Notes: generated by a model not told the origin, from the letters alone. A DNA stretch of 63,971 nucleotides, filler included, from Octopus bimaculoides (GCF_001194135.2; 7 parts of 6 records of this genome joined end to end with filler, not necessarily neighbours in it); one strand, 5' to 3'; numbered from the whole stretch's first letter, positions 1 to 12,204 are shown. Program-made: numbers and translations.

Positions 1-7
1 ATATATA

Positions 8-3000
8 TGGTGGTGGTTGTCTACTCCTTATGCAGAGTTTGACCCCTTCCTGTACCTACACCTTAGATCTATCATGGCATCTGACGTGGCTTTTTAAACC
101 AGACAATGTTTTGAAAAGACACCCTCATAGATTGCATATCCTATTTGGACCACCAAGAGCTGCAGATAAGTTGTGATCTTAGTGGATCTTAAAATGTCTT
201 TTGAGGCCTCCGTTAGATTTGCAAACCATCTGGCATACACTGCATTGAAAGGTGTGCACAGACATATATAGGCAGAATAGTTGGTGGAGGTTCGTTTTCC
301 ATGGGTTCGCAAATGAGATTTGAGCCCCGCAAAAGACAGGCATCGTCTGTCACAGAAAAAGGTCCTTCAGCTTCACGATCGCAACGTTCCTCTTTAAATC
401 TCTCTTGAGTCTTGCATGCGTCATCCTGGCCTCTTCAAACGCTTTCACTCCATTCCACACTTTTCTTCGCCATCCAGCACGATCCGAAGCAAGGCTTTCT
501 ATGTCCTCTGGATTCATTCCAAGTGACTTCATGGTAGTCCTTATGCCGTCCTTAAACCTTCTTTTTTTTTTTTTTAGATTTACACCGATACCGTTTCCTC
601 TCTGCAAGCTCACCATAAAATAGCTGTTTGGGCGTGCGTTCATCGAACAATATGGCCATACCATCTCATTTGGTTTTTCAAAATCATAGCTTTAATTGAG
701 GTGATGTCTGCAGATGCAAGGACATCTGTGTTGTGAGTAAAAGAACTCCATTTAATGTTTAAAATGCGATGAAGGCATTTTTGGTGGAATTGTTCTAAGA
801 ATTTGAAATATCTTTCATAACATATCCATGTTCCAGAAGAATACAGCAAGGTTGGTAAGACAAATGATTTGTAAAGAGCCAATTTTTCATTGTTATTTAT
901 ATATCGTTGGTGCCAAACGCGTGACTCCAAGCCACCAAAAGCTTGTACTACCCTTTGAATACGTAGATGTATTCTTGTATCCAGATTTCCATCATTTTGA
1001 ACAGAGCTTCCAAGGTAGATGAAAGAATCAACAACCTCAAGTAACTTACCCTTAACAAAAGTTTTAGGTAGGTTGCAAACAGCACCACATGCAAGTTGAT
1101 ACATTACAACTGTTTATTCAAATTGATGGTCAAGCCAAAATCATCACAAGCTGAGTCAAATGCAGATACAAGAGATTGCAGACCTGTTTCGGAATGGCTG
1201 ACGAGATCGCAATCGTCAGCGTATAAGAGTTCCCCAATGAATGAAGTAAAAACCTTCGATTTGAATTTCAGTCTGGTCAGATTAAAAACATTCCCTGTTG
1301 TTCGATATTTTATGTAGATACCCTCCTCGGAGTTTTGAAAAGTGTGCGACAACACAACAGCAAAGTATATTGCAAAGTGGGTGGGTGTATCAAGGTCTCC
1401 TTGCTTTAATCCATTTTCCACGGCAACAGATTCAGAGAGCCTACCACCAAAGTTAACTCTAGCTTTCATATCTTGAGGCAAAGCCCTGATCATGTTCACA
1501 AATTTTTCTGGGCAACCTATTTTCCTTAGCATTCGCCACAGAGCATTTCGATTAACAGTATCGAATGCTTTACTCAAATCAACAAAGCAATGTTATATGG
1601 CAAGATTCTGTTCAATGCACTTTTCCTGAAACTGTCCGATAGTAAAGATACAATCAGCTGTGCTCCTGGAGGAACGAAAACCACACTGAGACTCAGACAC
1701 CATACTTGGAACTATAAAGGTACTTAAACGTTCTAACAAAATGAGTACAAGTACTTTTCTAATTACAGACAAAAGCGAAACCCCACGGAAATTACCATAC
1801 AAATCCTTTGGCCCCGATTTATAGAATGAGACTAAAATGGCATCAATCCAGTCTTGAGGTATTTTCTCAGTTCTCCAACAGGGACAAATTAATATCTTTA
1901 AGAGTTTAAACATTTTGTCACCTCCATATTTCAAAGACCCCTGCACAGATTCCATCAGACCCTGAAGATTTATTGTTATTCAGCTTATTCACAGCTAAAT
2001 AAATGTCATTTAGTGCTGCTTCAAATCCCATCTCTTCTATAACTGGAAGGTGTTCGACTTTTTCTATCGTCCTCATGTCAGCGGATGATGGTCTATTAAA
2101 AAATGCAGAAAAATGTTCTACCCAGCGCTTATGAATAGAAGCGGTGTCAGTCAGAAGCAAAAGTCCATTTGCTGTTCTTACTGGAGCTATTGAAGAAGAT
2201 TTTGGGCCGTATACCTCCTTAATATAAGAGTACAAACCCTTGGCGTCATTTCTATCAGCTGATTCTTGAGCCCTTTTGCTCTGTCATTCCACCATTCCTG
2301 CTTAATTTTCCTTAGAGCAGTCTGCACTTTCCCTTTCAGCCTTCTGTAAGCTTCGTTTGAGTTGGATTTCAAGGACTGAGGAAGAAGTGTATTGCCTAAG
2401 TTTTGTTTTTTTCTAAAAGTAGATTATGTACTTCTGCTGATATATCTGAGAACCAGTCACTGAACTTACGTGATTTCAATCCCACTGACAAGCTTATATA
2501 TATATAATACTTTTATTTTGAAATCTTCCCATAGATTGTTTGGATCAATATTGATACTTTCTTTAGCAGTGTAGAATCTTTGCAAGTTGCTTGGTAATTT
2601 GAAGTTTGCAACATTTAACTTTTTGGGTGTCTTAGGACCAGACTGTCGACTTTTAGGCATTATCGAAACATTTATTTTTCCATGCACTAGACGATGGTCA
2701 GTCCAGCTCTCTGCACCTCTCATGGCCCGAATGCTAGAAACATATTTCATATCACGTTTTATGATCAAAATATAATCTATGAGATGCGAGTGCTTAGATC
2801 TTGGGTGCATCCGGGTGGTTTTATATATATATTTTCTGCTTGAACAGAGTGTTGGTAACAACCAGATTATTCTCAATACAAAACGTCAAACGAGCTACTC
2901 TATTTTTATTACATTTTCCAGTTCCATGACGGCCTAAAACAGGCCATGAAACGTAGTCATTTCCACCTCTTGCGTTGAAATCTCCCAATATGACCAGCTT

Positions 3001-4260
3001 GTCAGAAATTATTACTTTCCTCAATAATTGTGTTAGATCGTCATAAAACTGTTCTACAGTTTCATCAGAATGAGACATTGTTGGTGCATAAATGTGGAGG
3101 CGCAATGGTCTAGTGGTTAGGGCAGCGGACTCGCGGTCATAGGATAGCGGTTTCGATTGCAGACCGGGCGTTGTGAGTGTTTATTGAGCGAAAACACCTA
3201 AAGCTCCACGAGGCTCCGGCAGGGGTGGGGCTGTGACGAACCCTGCTGTACTCTTTCACCACAACTTTCTCCCACTCTTACTTCCTGTTTCTGTTGCACC
3301 TGTATTTCAAAGGGCCAGCCTTGTCATACTCTGTGTCACGCTGAATATCCCCGAGAACTACGTTAAGAGTACACGTGTCTGTGGAGTGCTCAGCCACTTG
3401 CATGTTAATTTCACGAGCAGGCTGTTCTGTTGATCGGATCAACTGGAACCCTCGTCGTCGTAACCGACAGAGCGCCAACAACAACACGTGCATAAATACT
3501 GACAACGGTAAGAAACCTACCTTTTGTCAGATTAATACGACATGACATGGTCCGTTCAGATATACCACTTGGAAATTCTGCAATGGAGGATACTAATGAA
3601 TTCTTGAGAGCAAACCCAACACCAGATTCTCTACGCTCAGGTAGGTCGCTTCAAAAGATAGTATATCCAATCCATAAGTAGGTTCATTTATTTGACCCTC
3701 ACCAGAGAGACGAGTTTCAGAGAGCACAACTATATCAAGGAAATATTTCTTAAACTCACATGCAATAAGTGTGCGCACATTTCAACAGCCAAAATTCAAA
3801 GGATGTTTATTTTTACTTTTTCTTGAAGATTGTTTGACCAGTGGCCGGATAACGACCGGACCCAGCCTGTGATATACTGGGACACCTGCCGAGCCAAACC
3901 TGTTCCCTTGACGTTCCCAAGCCTTTTTTTTTTCTTTTGCCATTTACTGAATCTGTTTGTGACATTTTAGAGTAAATTACAAGTACATTTTTAGGTTTTT
4001 GCCAACCAACCAATTCAATGATTTTACTAAGATTTGGTGTACAAGAAGTACCTGTGAAGATGAATAATTTTCAGTGGGTGTAGCTTGCACTGTACTACCC
4101 CTACCTATTGGCCCAAGAAGACTTTCTTCGGTGTGACATGAAAATTGACAAAACCAGGAACTTCCAAGGCTTCAGGTTTTATTACGGAGATTTCCTTCTC
4201 CAGAGTAGATTACCAACCAAGGTTAAAGAGCTTCTATCTGCCCATGAGGTAAACTATACC
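8..4260 (-). mobile_element. Near-full-length decayed RTE-clade LINE (AP endonuclease + reverse transcriptase + C-terminal zinc fingers), interrupted by a SINE
   Basis: Minus-strand ORF fragments occur in the correct order. Endonuclease: DIVVLSETRLSGEG, IYAPTM...FYDDL...LGDFNAR, HPRSKHSHLIDYIL...WTDHRLV. RT: NFRGVSLLS, QCGFRSSRSTADCIF, SKAFDTVNR, GLKQGD, LLYADDCDL, FIYLGS. Multiple stops and frameshifts. Short (CCA)n tail at the window start. Confidence 0.92.
3094..3487 (+). mobile_element. Full-length tRNA-derived SINE (family B) inserted in the RTE endonuclease
   Basis: A-box TGGTCTAGTGG, B-box-like GGTTTCGATT and (CAA)n tail. 10-bp TSD GTGCATAAAT at 3084-3093 and 3488-3497. A second copy lies at 61743-62126. 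Confidence 0.9.
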
Positions 4261-4947
4261 ATTCCAGACACCAAACTAACACCCAAACATTTTATAAAGT
4301 GATCAAATATCACCCTGGTGTCCGATACGGAGTAGCTTATTCATACACAAAAACAAAAGTAGGACATGTGATTTACAAATATAAATAAGAATTAAATATG
4401 AATAATATATATATATATATANNNNNNNNNNNNNNNNNNNNNNNNNNNNNNNNNNNNNNNNNNNNNNNNNNNNNNNNNNNNNNNNNNNNNNNNNNNNNNN
4501 NNNNNNNNNNNNNNNNNNNNNNNNNNNNNNNNNNNNNNNNNNNNNNNNNNNNNNNNNNNNNNNNNNNNNNNNNNNNNNNNNNNNNNNNNNNNNNNNNNNN
4601 NNNNNNNNNNNNNNNNNNNNNNNNNNNNNNNNNNNNNNNNNNNNNNNNNNNNNNNNNNNNNNNNNNNNNNNNNNNNNNNNNNNNNNNNNNNNNNNNNNNN
4701 NNNNNNNNNNNNNNNNNNNNNNNNNNNNNNNNNNNNNNNNNNNNNNNNNNNNNNNNNNNNNNNNNNNNNNNNNNNNNNNNNNNNNNNNNNNNNNNNNNNN
4801 NNNNNNNNNNNNNNNNNNNNNNNNNNNNNNNNNNNNNNNNNNNNNNNNNNNNNNNNNNNNNNNNNNNNNNNNNNNNNNNNNNNNNNNNNNNNNNNNNNNN
4901 NNNNNNNNNNNNNNNNNNNNNNNNNNNNNNNNNNNNNNNNNNNNNNN

Positions 4948-5008
4948 ATCGCCTCTAGCTAGCTATGTGACACAGGTTTCGTGTGTCACATAGCTAGCTA
5001 GAGGCGAT
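4948..5008. repeat. Perfect 27-bp inverted repeat with a 7-nt loop
   Basis: ATCGCCTCTAGCTAGCTATGTGACACA / GGTTTCG / TGTGTCACATAGCTAGCTAGAGGCGAT. The left arm abuts an N gap. Confidence 0.95.
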
Positions 5009-5531
5009 GGCTTCTTGGAGCTAATTCACGGCAGCTTTCGTCCTAATTTTGGGACTGCCATGTTGGCTTGGCGATAACTATTAATTTCCAGTACCGCTGC
5101 CGTAGTCTCCTTTAGAGAGACTTAGAAATATTAATAACTCTATATATTCATATATTTACAGCAAACAATCATCTACCTTAATTTCGACTCTCTTATTAAA
5201 TGCATAAGGCAATCAACCTACCGTCAACCCTCGGGAATATAAAATTCATTTCAAAGAGAGTCGTATTGCTGAACCAACTCACAGCGTACAATTCTTGATT
5301 TTAACTGAGACCCAATTAAACAACTCCTATAGCAATACCGAGCTGAAAATCAGGAACTTCGCCCGTCATTCGTGTTGATCGTGCTGGCCAAATAAAGGAG
5401 GAACCACCATCTCCCTGCGATTCTCTTGTCATGGGTCCAAAGATTATATTTTCCAAAAGTTATTGTGAATCTGCTTTCGGCTTGTACCAGTCGCTGTCAG
5501 GACGCCAGGTGTTCTGGGACCACGTACTTAC

Positions 5532-5652
5532 CGATTTCCTCCGCGAAATAAGGATAACGGCCGCCCGTCGGAGAAACGAGTCCTGTGAGGTGGAGTGGCT
5601 TACTGCAGCGAGTATCGTTGGCCATTCTTCGCAGCAACGCCATCGCAGTCAT
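5532..5652 (-). CDS. Candidate first coding exon of an unidentified gene (MTAMALLRRMANDTRCSKPLHLTGLVSPTGGRYPYFAEEI, phase-1 end)
   Basis: CpG/GC-rich island; 40-codon open frame from an ATG, ending at a consensus donor G|GTAAGT. I do not recognise a homolog. Confidence 0.5.
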
Positions 5653-6594
5653 TACCGCGGGGCGCAGCTGAGCTCACCATTTGTTCTGGTGTGTGTGTGT
5701 GTGTGTGTGTGTCCCATCGCCTCTTCCACCTCTATCTTCAGCTCTACCTCATCCTTTTCCTTTTTTTTGTCTTTTTTTCTGTCTCTTTGTATTTAAATGT
5801 TATAATCTAAAATGTGATCTGTTGATGAACTGACTATAGAAATAAGGCTTCGTTAAGACGTACTGATTAGGTTGGGCTACATCTGAGCCTAGAAACAAGA
5901 AAGTCAGTATCTCTTCTCTGCTTCCGCGTGCGGGTGCCTCGACAATGTCAAGTCCATAAAAAAAAACATATTATATATATATATATATATNNNNNNNNNN
6001 NNNNNNNNNNNNNNNNNNNNNNNNNNNNNNNNNNNNNNNNNNNNNNNNNNNNNNNNNNNNNNNNNNNNNNNTATATATATAAAGTTGTAGTATATTGTCA
6101 ACTTAATGTGACAATCCCAATAAGAGAATACACTACTGCTGTTTAGCCCTAGGAAGCTGGACCGCTTCCTGTCGGCCTTGACACAATTACTATGTCCTTA
6201 AGTTTGTGAAGGGGAGACAAGCTCCCCCACCCAGCCTAGCCAGCATTCAGGGACATGTTTCTGAGTCTTTGCTCGTCATCAGCCTGAAGTAGCTTGCCAG
6301 CTGGATAGAGAAGCCTGTTTCGCCTTCGCAAACTTATGTAAATCATGCTTATGTCGAATGTGACATTTAAAACCCGCCAACGACTTGCAAAGAAACCTTC
6401 AGATGTTGCAAGAGTGGGGATTACAGATGAGTGCAGGCGGTATATTTGTAGTCGATTATCTCCTTTGTCTGACACCCCTTAGTCTGATAATGCTGATTGA
6501 AACAAAGTCTTTTATACCATTTGACACGACGATCTCCATTTTGTTCACTCCAACGCTGTTTACTCAAAAATGTTGTGACCTTTATTGACTGTTG

Positions 6595-6656
6595 AGAGGT
6601 TACTCTTCAGCTTGTCCTTATATCTGAGCCATGGTCGACCAACATTCCTGTGCCCA
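6595..6656 (-). mobile_element. Short RTE-type C-terminal fragment
   Basis: Reads GHRNVGRPWLRYKDKLKSNL, resembling the GRPxxRYKDxLK motif that follows the RT in RTE elements. Confidence 0.45.
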
Positions 6657-6659
6657 TTA

Positions 6660-7364
6660 TCAAACAGGTTAGGACATAGATAAGCTTCTGGGAAGCACAT
6701 GTGAAGTTGATCTTAATTGAGCATTTTCCTCCTTGCTGGAATGTGAATTCCGAGCCTTCAGTTAGGTTTGGACATGTACCACAGTTGGGTCGTCTGCATT
6801 TTTAACTGTTGGTATCGTATGTGTTGAGTATAGTTTTGCATTTGTTATGAGTCTCTTGAGTGATTTGTCTTGTCTTTTGCATTTGAGGAGTTTATGTGTA
6901 TTTAGGATGTTGCTCATTTTCGGGTCTTGAGCCAGCAGAGGGAGATTTTGTATAATTGTGTTGTATGCTTCATTGTTTCGGGGTTTGTGGGTTGATATGT
7001 ATGGGAGTGATTTAAAGTGAGGTGTGGTGTTTTGTTTTGTTGTCCTTAATGTGTTTGTGTCCAATTTCTTAGCACGTTCAATTCCATGGTCTATAAGTGC
7101 GGGTGGGTATTGACTTTCAATGACTTATTTTGAGGCCTTGTAGGCGAAGTTCCCGAGTGGTTGTGTCAGATACAATTGTACAGATCCTTTTAGCTAGATT
7201 GAATGAGATATTTATTTTGATGTGAACTGAAAAGGATATACTGCTTTGAGTCTGTGGTTTGTAGTAGATGTGAGTTGCAATTTGGTTGTTGGATTTTTTT
7301 ATAATCAAGATGTCAAGTAATGGGAGCTCTCTCTTGCTATATTTCATTGTAAATTGAATATTGG
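6660..7364 (-). mobile_element. Penelope-like element fragment (RT thumb to start of GIY-YIG endonuclease)
   Basis: FTMKYSKRELPLLDILI...IYYKP...FNLAKRICTIVSD, then KRQDKSLKRLIT, then KCRRPNCGTCPNL...FTCASQKLIYVLTC. Truncated before the YIG half; frameshifted. Confidence 0.8.
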
Positions 7365-7508
7365 AGTTTCCGTCTACCAAATCTACTCACAAGGTATTGG
7401 TCGGCCCGAGGCTATAGTAGAAGACACTTGCCCAAGGTGCCACGCAGTAGGACTGAACCCGGAACCATGTGGTTGGTAAGCAAGCTACTTACCACACAGC
7501 CACTCCTG
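7365..7508 (-). mobile_element. tRNA-derived SINE family A, 5' half
   Basis: Reverse complement of CAGGAGTGGCTGTGTGGTAAGTAGC...GGTTCAGTCC...CCTTGGGCAAGTG; closely matches the copies at 12397 and 59369. Confidence 0.88.
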
Positions 7509-8470
7509 TGCCTGTTTATTTTTAATGTTTATGTTTTAAGAATGTTTGCTATGACCAACGTAAAGTCGAGAAATTGACTTAGGTTGAGGCTTATTATTTC
7601 TCATTAAAATCTGACCCCCCCCCAAAAAAAAACAATCAAGACGTACCTCAAAACGACATAAATTGATGTATGCCTGTATATCATACGATATTGTACGGAC
7701 AAAGCATTGCGAGCCATGTTTAACATCACTGCCTTTAATCATACTTTTAAAAATCCGCGAAATATCTGAACACCCCTGCGATGCAGTCACTTGTTAAATA
7801 ATTATTGCTGTAGGGTAGAGATCTATTATTAATGTAGGCTTTCTGTGAATTAGAAAACCGAATTCCTGAGGTTGATTATCGCATCTAAATGGGTGGGAAA
7901 GAACAGGAGAGAGAAAGTCAGAGAGGAAGAGAAGGAGGCAGTGTGTGGGGGAATCTGGGAAATTTTTTATTAAAGGGAGGACATTCGGAACATATTGGTA
8001 GATAGATAGATAGATAGATAGAAAAGAGAGAAAGAGAGAAGAAAGGAAGAGAGAGAGAGAGAGAGAGAGAGAGAAGGAGAGCAGAACCAAGCAAAGCACA
8101 GATATTTTGAGGTGTAAAGAAGCATTTCTAAACAACAGAGAGACTGTTAATACCATATAATTAGAGGCGGTGTAAAACAAATATATTTGATAAAAGAGCA
8201 ATGAAGATAGCAAAAAATAGACGTTGAATTTGGCCAAATAACCAACGGAACCGTTATAATGCATATTATAATAAGACTTTTGATGGAATTTATTGGAAAC
8301 TAAAGAAACAGATAAACAATCAGTGTAGATTTTATACACACACACACACATACACACATATATACATTATTATGACAACCAACAAGTTGTCACATATATG
8401 TATAGATAAATTCCTCTATTTTACATAATATCAAGCTCTCATTCATTCTTTTGTTGTTATATTATTATTA

Positions 8471-8532
<62 letters not shown>

Positions 8533-8595
8533 TAGAGGGAAAGAGAGAGATACAAGCACCTACATAGACACACATACACAGTTATAGAGCAATCA

Positions 8596-8781
8596 GTGCG
8601 ACGTGTTCGGTCAGGAGCCCGGTTGCATGTAAAACCGGAAGTTGACGTAGCGTTACAGTTTAGCGGAAGTACACGTAGCTATACCGGGCACATGTCACAA
8701 TCACAGAGAGAAGCAAAATTGGATTTCAAAGATACTTCGGCATCAGCTCGGCAGGTTAGTCTGACCATAGAAAGAAACGAT
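8596..8781 (+). promoter_or_regulatory. Probable SLC35B1 promoter/5' UTR
   Basis: CpG-rich stretch immediately upstream of the ATG, with two ETS-type sites (ACCGGAAGT 8634-8642, GCGGAAGT 8663-8670) and TGACGT (8643-8648). Confidence 0.55.
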
Positions 8782-8870
8782 ATGGCGACAGAGAATAAAA
8801 GAATGTTGTTTTTTTGCAGTCTGGGCATCTTGGTGTGTTATTTTTTCTACGGTATTCTACAGGAGAAAAT
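8782..8870 (+). CDS. SLC35B1: SLC35B1 (UGTrel1, ER nucleotide/ATP-ADP exchanger) coding exon 1
   Basis: MATENKRMLFFCSLGILVCYFFYGILQEK(I) matches the conserved CYFxYGILQEKIT motif. Donor AT|GTAAGT, 89 nt. Confidence 0.93.
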
Positions 8871-10663
8871 GTAAGTATGACAGATGACTTCCTTATAATC
8901 AACAATAACAAACAGGCGTTACTTTCAAATAACTTCTGTATGGCGATGATAAAATACCTTTTAGAGACACATAAACTTTTATTACTGCCAAATCATTTTG
9001 TGTTACTTTTATCTGTTAAATATATTGTATTTGTGACGGTGGTAAAGAGTAATTTCAACTTTCTCACATATAAACTCGTTTCTGCTAAATTATTTTCTTA
9101 CTGCTATCTTATAACCTATTCTATTTGTGACGGTGCCAAAGAATATTCGCGGAATTCTGAAAAAGCATAAATACATACCCAAGTGACTAAGAAACAAGGA
9201 AGGATATCAGCTGGTTGTGAGATGTGCTAAATACAACAGCCAAATCGCCCTTAAATCACACGCAAAATTGCTTTTGCTTAATCGTGTGAATTCCTGTGTG
9301 CAGAACACATTCGCAAAAATTTTCTGAAAATTTCAGAAGATAAAAAGTTATATGGGGTGCTTAAACCAGAATTTTACCGGAGTATTTTGAACTTTCTCGC
9401 CTACCTTATTCTGTGAGGTGTTGTACCAACAGCGTTTATTACGGCTGTAAATGCAAACCATTAAAAGTAAACTCCATACAAACTGAAACCAGTAATGAAA
9501 TATATAATACTGACTGAATACTTTGATTCTTTAGATACAAACCGACATTTGGTTTCAATGTTCTTCACTTCGCTTGGTTGAATTTATTTCGAAATAACTC
9601 AAACATACAAGAACACATTAATAATGCGCGACATCTCTAAGATCAGTTTGAGTTGCTGGTGTCTCAATTCTCAAGTTATTTGTGTTAAACTGAAGTAATA
9701 AAAGGTAAACAATGACTGATCAAAGTATTGAAAATAATGAGAGTCGGCGGGACCGTATTGTACAGGAGAGCCTTTACACGATACAAACAAAAACAATTCA
9801 ATTTTCTAAATAAACGATGATTCAAAAATTAAGTCTAATCATGTTATAGTATAGAATATATAATTAGCGATGGTTATGTTTTATCCAATACTTTATGGAC
9901 CGAAGCAAGAAATCTTGGTTTTAAACTTCTGTTGTGCATTATATATTTTATTTGAATTTACGATCATAATGTAAAGAATCGCCGGTGTCGGCCTACGAGT
10001 TCTTGGTTCGTGTATTCACATCTACTGTGTTATTGTTTCTATCAGTCTCTGTGTATGACCATTCTTTCTTGTTTGAACTAAGCTTACCAATCTCTGGTTT
10101 ACTTAATTCTCCAGTCTTCCGGGAATAGCCTGTTATAAACTTTCTACTCTTGACAAATTTTCTTTCTTATTTTCTGTTTGACTCTTTCCACCCGCCTCTT
10201 TCTGGTTCTCACTTGTCTCCTCTCCAATCCAGTATCTTTTTAAAACTTTGCTTGGAACAATAACATGTTTTCAAAGAAAATATCAGTAAACATATATTTT
10301 GATTATATTTGTTACAAAACTCAACTATAACAAGGCTAAATATCTTGTTGCTACTGAAATTCCCTAGTTTTCACCATTATTATGATCATCATTAATTTCA
10401 TACAAACTTGCAAATGTGCTACTTCTCTAAATTTTAGTTTTAACTCTGAATCAAGACCAAATATATTTTAATATATAAAGTTTAGTGTTTTTTTTTCACA
10501 GTTTGATATGATTAATGTTCAGCTTGAAAGTCTAGGTTGATTCTTGTAGGAGAATGAGATGAGGAGAAAATTCCAGAAAGTTGCAATGGTTTTCTGTGTA
10601 AAAGTATACATGTTCACACACTTTTATAACGCTTCTGTCTTTATTTCGGCCCAATTTTTGTAG

Positions 10664-10767
10664 AACCAAGGGTAAATATGGAGAAGGTGAGAATCAAGAG
10701 AAGTTTACCTATACTTTAGCTTTGGTTTTTATCCAGTGTATCATCAATGTGGTTGCTTCCAAGTTGT
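10664..10767 (+). CDS. SLC35B1: SLC35B1 coding exon 2
   Basis: Acceptor TTTTTGTAG; [34 protein letters not shown]; donor T|GTAAGT. 104 nt, phase consistent with exon 1. Confidence 0.93.
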
Positions 10768-12204
10768 GTAAGTATAATTACTTATAAAATCAATTTTATG
10801 TTGACATGCATTTCAGATTTCAGTAATTGGAGGAAAAGTGTATGGTAGTAGGAGTTGTAATTATATTATTACAATATACTTATAAAGATCATAATATAAT
10901 CTTTTAACTATCTAATAGTCACACATAAAATAAAGTGAAATAATATAATTTTCAGCAATGATTTTATACATCAATCAAACAGGCCTGAACTCCAGCATTA
11001 AATTACTGAACAGTTAATCAGTTAACATCAAAGGTAATGGCCTCAAACATATGTTTTATAACTTGCAGACTATATAAATGGTCCACAATCAGTTTGAGAT
11101 TATCTCTTTGCATGTAACATGCCATTATTGCCAGTGACTGAGTTCAGTACTTGTTTGTACAACATTTCTTGCATTAGAAAAGGAAATTATATATGTAGCA
11201 AGGTCCCTGCTGGGATTTGAACCATTGCTCTCATTGTTCTTCAAGCCAGAATCAAGACCTAATGGATCTCAATAAAAAGAAAAGTGTTGCCATAAAAGGC
11301 ATTATCACCAAATCAACCAGCACTGGTTGATTTTTTTGTGGGTGATGTTGCAACCTGCCAAACAAATGATTCTAGAAGAGTGGTCTATAGTTATAAAAGC
11401 TAACAAATTAAACTTTAGGCCAGAGCCATTCAGCTATCAAAGGGAATCTATTTCATTTGTCTCACCAAGTTCATTTCTCTCTCTCACTTATGTAACATGC
11501 TTGTGTTATACTCACCAAATGGCACCAACCTTAACTTGTGTTGAGTAATGCACATCAATTATATACAGTGATTTAAATTCCTTGCACTGCTTTCATAATA
11601 TTATCCAGCAAGTTGTATCACAGAAGATTCCGAGCTGTTATGTTCATTGCATGTTGTTCTAATAATTTATTAGATGTGCATTTGTGAATATAAATGATGC
11701 AGGTCTTTAAAAATTTGAAAACTCAGTTAAATTTTCATGTGGTCATTTTATGTGGTGAGTGGTCAAATGAAAGAAAATGTACACAACACATTTAGCAGGT
11801 GTTACATAAATTGTCATTATGTGAGGCCCTAGGTTTTTTTACAGAAACCTAGCTTGTTCAAGGTTAGTATAAGGAATTTATAATCTGAATGAGCTAAGTT
11901 TCTGTAAGAAGCATGTGAAGTTTTGGCATGTGGACTCAGGTGAGGAACATGGTGTAGAAAATAGAAATACCAGAGATGAAATAGTGTGGACATGTTAAGC
12001 TGATTTAGTCTAAAACTCATCAAAAACATGTAAATATATATCTAATGTGTTATTTTTGTAATGACTTTCAAAAATCATTTTTAAGGTCTAAATCCTTAGA
12101 AAATTAATTAAAACTGATAATTAAAACTCTTTCTCTGTTGTAGTTTGAAGGGCTGAAGGAAAGATCAATAATTTATATTGTGTCATCTTTCTTTTCCCTT
12201 GCAG

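Noticed and set aside
3096-3170. tRNA-like sequences (also at 61743, 59369, 39855, 27064) as tRNA genes
   Set aside because: A/B boxes are present, but I could not build an acceptor stem, and each continues into a SINE body.
350-3778. Eleven separate minus-strand ORFs as host genes
   Set aside because: They are consecutive frameshifted pieces of one RTE ORF or antisense readings of the inserted SINE.
8596-8781. 31-kDa-style N-terminal extension implied by the track ORF starting at GTG 8596
   Set aside because: Homology to SLC35B1 begins just after ATG 8782; the upstream sequence looks like promoter/5' UTR.
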